64,000 bases of DNA from Methylovulum miyakonense HT12 (GTDB lineage: Bacteria; Pseudomonadota; Gammaproteobacteria; Methylococcales; Methylomonadaceae): positions 2,744,450 through 2,808,449 of the forward strand of contig NZ_KB913025.1 of the NCBI RefSeq assembly GCF_000384075.1, in the 5' to 3' direction. The translations under genes were made by a program, and so were the position numbers. Below the pieces are notes generated by a model, which saw only the letters and a program-made list of their open reading frames with translations, was not told the origin of the DNA and did not search any database. The first letter of the stretch is position 1. Each line of letters opens with the position of its first letter. Below, one piece after another: positions 60,471 to 64,000 of the stretch.

Positions 60471-61851
60471 AACCTTGCTTATCATTGAAGATGAAAAATT
60501 ACTGGGCTCGGAATTGTCGCGCCACTATCGCCAATTAGGCTGGGATGTGGCATTAGTCAGCACCATACGCGAAGCTAAAGCACTATTGATGCAAAAAAAC
60601 CTCGAACCGTTGTTGATCCTGTCGGATATGAATTTGCCCGATGGCAACGCGCTTGATTTCATGGAAACGGTTAAGAAACATGCCGGCTATGCCGAATGGC
60701 TGTTTTTGACGGGCTATGGCAGCGTACCGGATTCTGTCCGCGCCTTGCGCTTGGGGGCTTATGATTTCCTGGAAAAACCCTGCGATTTGGAACGCCTTGA
60801 CTTAGTGGTTGCCAGCGCCGCACGCAGCGCGTCCATACAACGCCGAGTTGTTGACCAGACCCGGCAAGGTTACCGTAAATATTCCCCGGACGCTTATGTG
60901 GGGCATAGCCAACAGGCAAATGGCATCCGCCAGATGTTAGGCAAACTGAACCAAGTGCCGTTCAGCGCCTTGATCATTGGCGGCGAAAGCGGCACCGGCA
61001 AAGGCTTGGCGGCGCGTATCCTCCATTACGGCGGTTCACGGGCGCAGCAACCGATGATAGAGGTCAATTGCGCCGCCTTGCCACGGGAATTGTTGGAATC
61101 GGAACTGTTCGGCCACGAGCCTGGCGCATTCACTGGCGCGTCTGGCCGTCATCGTGGCCTGTTGGAACAAGCCGATGGCGGCACCTTGTTTATGGATGAA
61201 ATCGGCGAAATGCCCTTGGACTTGCAGGCCAAGCTATTGAAAGTCATCGAAGACCACAAAGTCCGGCGATTAGGCGGGGAGAAAGAAATCAGCGTTGATG
61301 TCCAGATCGTTGCCGCCAGTAACCGCGACTTGGAACAAATGTCCCAAGACGGCGGCTTCCGCAGCGATTTATACCACCGCTTGAGCGTGTTCCGGATCAT
61401 TTTGCCGCCATTACGGGAAGCGGTCGAAGACCTGGATGAATTGGTGCCGATTTTTGTCGCCGAGTACAATGCCAAGGCGGGCAAACAGGTGAGGGATATT
61501 CCTGATGAGGTTTGGCGGAAATTAAAGGCCTATCATTGGCCTGGCAACGTCAGGGAGTTGCGTAATGTCATCGAACGTTGCGTGTTGTTCGCCGATGGCC
61601 CGGTGTTCCCCGGCCAATGGCTGCAATTGCCCGGCCAGCCAACTAGCAAACCCATCAACAATGTGTCTGGGGACTCGTTGAATTTGCCTTTAGACGGCAG
61701 TATGGCCTTGGACGACATGGAGCGGTTTATCATCAAAACCGTATTGGAACGGGTGGACAATAACCTGACGGCCGCCGCCAGGGCCTTAGGCGCAACCCGT
61801 GAAACCTTGCGTTATCGGGTAAGGAAGTACAATTTGAAAATGGTTGATTAA
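60460..61851 (+). CDS. Sigma-54-dependent response regulator (NtrC family).
   Basis: Receiver (LILSDMNLPDGNA), AAA+ GESGTGKG, GAFTGA, C-terminal HTH. Start MMIETLL overlaps the kinase stop. Confidence 0.8.
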   Translation: MMIETLLIIEDEKLLGSELSRHYRQLGWDVALVSTIREAKALLMQKNLEPLLILSDMNLPDGNALDFMETVKKHAGYAEWLFLTGYGSVPDSVRALRLGAYDFLEKPCDLERLDLVVASAARSASIQRRVVDQTRQGYRKYSPDAYVGHSQQANGIRQMLGKLNQVPFSALIIGGESGTGKGLAARILHYGGSRAQQPMIEVNCAALPRELLESELFGHEPGAFTGASGRHRGLLEQADGGTLFMDEIGEMPLDLQAKLLKVIEDHKVRRLGGEKEISVDVQIVAASNRDLEQMSQDGGFRSDLYHRLSVFRIILPPLREAVEDLDELVPIFVAEYNAKAGKQVRDIPDEVWRKLKAYHWPGNVRELRNVIERCVLFADGPVFPGQWLQLPGQPTSKPINNVSGDSLNLPLDGSMALDDMERFIIKTVLERVDNNLTAAARALGATRETLRYRVRKYNLKMVD

Positions 61852-61888
61852 TGTGCCGGGAATGGTCTAGTACTCAGTCATTATTGTT

Positions 61889-62392
61889 ATGTCGAGTTAC
61901 GGCCCCCATATGATGAGTTTATTCATTACCCCATGGAACTGGCAATTGGCGAAAAAATACATTGTACGACTGACAGAAGAAGAACGTACTGATTTGGAAA
62001 GTTTGATTCATAAAGGCAAAGTGGCTGCCCATAAAAGGCTTCACGCAGAAATCCTGCTCAAGACAGATAGTAGTGAATGGGGCGACCCGTGGCTGGATAG
62101 TCAAATCAGTGAAGCCTTTGGCATTTCCACACGCACCGTTGAACGAGTCCGGGAACGATGGGTTCAAGAAGGCTTGGAGTCCGCCTTAAACCGGGCTAAA
62201 CCGATCCGGGTTAAAAGCCGTGTCATTGACGGCGAAAAGGAAGCGCATCTGCTCGCGTTAGCCTGTGGTGATGCCCCTGATGGACGCAGTCGCTGGACAC
62301 TGAGATTGCTTGGGCAGCACATGGTTGAACTGGGCCATGTGGAAAGCGTATCCCACGAAACTATCCGGCAAACACTAAAAAAAATGAGTTGA
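61889..62392 (+). CDS. IS630-family transposase orfA (HTH).
   Basis: Ends TLKKMS* over the A8 slippery run. Confidence 0.7.
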   Translation: MSSYGPHMMSLFITPWNWQLAKKYIVRLTEEERTDLESLIHKGKVAAHKRLHAEILLKTDSSEWGDPWLDSQISEAFGISTRTVERVRERWVQEGLESALNRAKPIRVKSRVIDGEKEAHLLALACGDAPDGRSRWTLRLLGQHMVELGHVESVSHETIRQTLKKMS

Positions 62393-63081
62393 AACCTTGG
62401 CAGAATAAAGAATGGTGTATCCCGGCTAAAGAGAATGCGGAATTTGTCTGCGCTATGGAAGATGTACTGGCTGTTTACAAACGCTCGTATGATGACACTC
62501 ATCCGCTGGTTTGTATGGACGAAAGCAGCAAGCAACACATTAAGGAAACACGTCAGCCGATACCGGCAAAACCAGGCACCGTCGAAAAGTATGACACGGA
62601 GTATGAACGTAATGGGGTGAGTAATCTGTTCCTATTTTTTGAACCGTTAGAGGGGAAACGGCATGTGGTGGTAACGGATCAACGGACGGCGGTGGATTGG
62701 GCGCATCAAATCCGCAACCTGGCTGATGTCGAGTACCCTCGTGCTGAGCGCATCACACTGGTTATGGATAATTTGAACACCCACACGGGAGCATCGCTGT
62801 ATAAGGCGTTCGCCCCTGAGGAAGCGCGAAGAATTCTGGATAAATTGGAAATCCACTACACGCCCAAACATGGCAGTTGGTTAAATATGGCGGAAATAGA
62901 ATTGAGCATCTTGTCCCGCCAATGTCTGGATCGGCGCATTCCGGACCAAGAAACATTAAGGATGGAAATCGCAGCTTGGCAAGAACAAAGAAATGCTATT
63001 GCTCAGCCTATGGAATGGCGATTTACCAGTGAAGATGCCCGGGTAAAATTGAAAAAACTTTACCCGACAATAAAAAAATGA
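62389..63081 (+). CDS. IS630-family transposase orfB (DDE domain), -1 frame.
   Basis: DESSKQ...VVTDQRTAVDW...VMDNLNTHT...TPKHGSWLNMAE DDE/D motifs. Confidence 0.7.
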   Translation: MKPWQNKEWCIPAKENAEFVCAMEDVLAVYKRSYDDTHPLVCMDESSKQHIKETRQPIPAKPGTVEKYDTEYERNGVSNLFLFFEPLEGKRHVVVTDQRTAVDWAHQIRNLADVEYPRAERITLVMDNLNTHTGASLYKAFAPEEARRILDKLEIHYTPKHGSWLNMAEIELSILSRQCLDRRIPDQETLRMEIAAWQEQRNAIAQPMEWRFTSEDARVKLKKLYPTIKK

Positions 63082-63087
63082 CTGAGT

Positions 63088-63242
63088 ACTAGTGCTCAAT
63101 CATTGATTTTTTGTCGGGTCAGTCTAAACCCGTAGGGGCGGACGGTTGTCCGCCTTTTTTATGGCCTGTGCCAACATCCGGAGCGATCAGGCGAGCAACC
63201 GCTCGCCCCTACGAAAATAATACTGATAATTCAACATTGACT
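63088..63242. mobile_element. 155-bp MITE derived from the adjacent IS630-family element. TIRs ctagtgctcaatca / tgactgagcactag. It shares CTAG with the IS right end.
   Basis: Termini are 13/14 inverse-complementary to each other and 13/14 identical to the IS TIR. Internal hairpins but no ORF. Confidence 0.55.
63137..63161 (+). terminator. Intrinsic terminator ggcggac-ggtt-gtccgcc + TTTTTTAT, carried inside the MITE.
   Basis: Perfect 7-bp GC-rich stem followed by T6. Confidence 0.7.
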
Positions 63243-63384
63243 GAGCACTAGGGCCAATGCGGTTGGCTTCCGGCACAAGTGCTGGCCAGGAAGACAAAGC
63301 CAGTTGCCCGCTTCGGCCCAGCCCAGCCCGGCGATGGCCGAAGCCAACCGCTTGTGGGGCTAGGCCGGCAAACGTTTCAAAAAG

Positions 63385-64000
63385 TTAACAAACCCCGTTG
63401 TTGGCATCGGGCTTACATTGCCGGGGCCGGATCCCTTCGCTTAGGCTATCCAGTTTTGTCCTTATCGCCTTGCCCACCCATAATTGTGGCAACGAAGGGG
63501 TAAGGTCTGCGCTCTTCTCACGTTGTTCAATAGCGGTGCGGGCTTGTTCCAAGGCTGAAATGATGGAGTGTTCATGGGGGAGCTGGTCTTTAAACACCGC
63601 TTCGCCAAAATAAGTAAATTCCGATTTTGTGCCGCAACCAAAAGAGGTTTTGTCGGCTGCGGCGGCGGTCGCAACCAAGGTTTGGTCGTTTGTCAAAGCC
63701 CCGATAAAACCGCCCGAGTAACACGCCGAGATGAGGATAACCCGCCATTTGATGCCTGCGTCATCCAGCATTGTGCGCAATTTTTCGGGGGTGATGCCGT
63801 TCAAGGCCAACGGCCAAAATGAAACCGACAATTCGTGGTCTTCCGAGCCGTGGCTGGTCAAATAGACCATCAGCACGTCTTCGTTTTTATCCATCAACTT
63901 ACCGATGTATTTCAGCGTAGCGGCGAGATTGGTTCCGTTAGCCAGCGGCACAGTGTCGCGCGTGGACAAGTGGTTGACCAGGTTGATGGAATGGCCTAGG
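63385..64000 (-). CDS. Peptidase C13 (legumain/caspase-like) family protein, partial (N-terminus beyond window end).
   Basis: His/Cys dyad context LTSHGSEDH ... ILISACYSGGF. Confidence 0.5.
   Translation of the reverse strand, partial: LGHSINLVNHLSTRDTVPLANGTNLAATLKYIGKLMDKNEDVLMVYLTSHGSEDHELSVSFWPLALNGITPEKLRTMLDDAGIKWRVILISACYSGGFIGALTNDQTLVATAAAADKTSFGCGTKSEFTYFGEAVFKDQLPHEHSIISALEQARTAIEQREKSADLTPSLPQLWVGKAIRTKLDSLSEGIRPRQCKPDANNGVC

Larger units (their letters stand above)
61867..63092 (+). mobile_element. Second IS630-family IS (~1.23 kb) with perfect 14-bp TIRs ctagtactcagtca / tgactgagtactag. Different subgroup from the element at 8086-9188.
   Basis: TIRs seen directly. Two transposase ORFs with a -1 frameshift at the A8 run (62377-62384). 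Both ends sit at CTAG, the preferred IS630 target. Confidence 0.75.

Noticed and set aside
1-64000. tRNA/rRNA genes
   Set aside because: I scanned the intergenic regions for GGTTCGAATCC-like T-arm signatures and cloverleaf-sized gaps. None were recognised. A tRNAscan-SE run would be needed to be sure.

Overview
This 64 kb window looks like proteobacterial chromosome, probably gammaproteobacterial, and moderately GC-rich by eye. It mixes conserved housekeeping blocks with several accessory or signalling islets.

The first ~11.5 kb is clearly accessory and contains:
- the 5' part of a large secreted Rhs/YD-repeat gene that runs off the window start on the minus strand;
- a non-coding zone holding two copies of a ~155-nt structured repeat;
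- an SLT-domain lipoprotein;
- an RTX Ca-binding repeat protein;
- an IS630-family element with a -1 frameshift;
- a three-gene zinc-ribbon/Tim44-like, membrane, SPFH-SHOCT module resembling B. subtilis YdjG/YdjH/YdjI but without PspA.

The housekeeping blocks are gap-pyk, cysE-trmJ/suhB, relA, nnr-tsaE-amidase-mutL-miaA, mtaB-like, ctp-envC and arsR-rhodanese-secB-gpsA.

The signalling islets interspersed among them are:
- a CarH-like (Wx9EH) B12-binding protein in an operon with a GGDEF cyclase;
- a PrsK-like kinase, 13 kb away from a PrsR-like sigma54 regulator and an exosortase-type asparagine-synthetase homologue;
- an AT-rich-flanked four-gene cluster encoding an (ETA)9-repeat protein, a Ras-like MglA-type GTPase, a Roadblock/LC7 MglB-like protein and a novel-N-domain PPP metallophosphatase (the candidate I consider most interesting);
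- an outer-membrane-protein / small-periplasmic-binding-protein-like / periplasmic-sensor-GGDEF triad;
- a small secreted repeat protein with a long 5'-UTR hairpin upstream of a histidine-kinase / sigma54-regulator pair.

Two MITE-like inverted-repeat elements were found, one of them abutting a second IS630-family copy and sharing its TIR. No rRNA, tRNA or CRISPR was recognised by eye.
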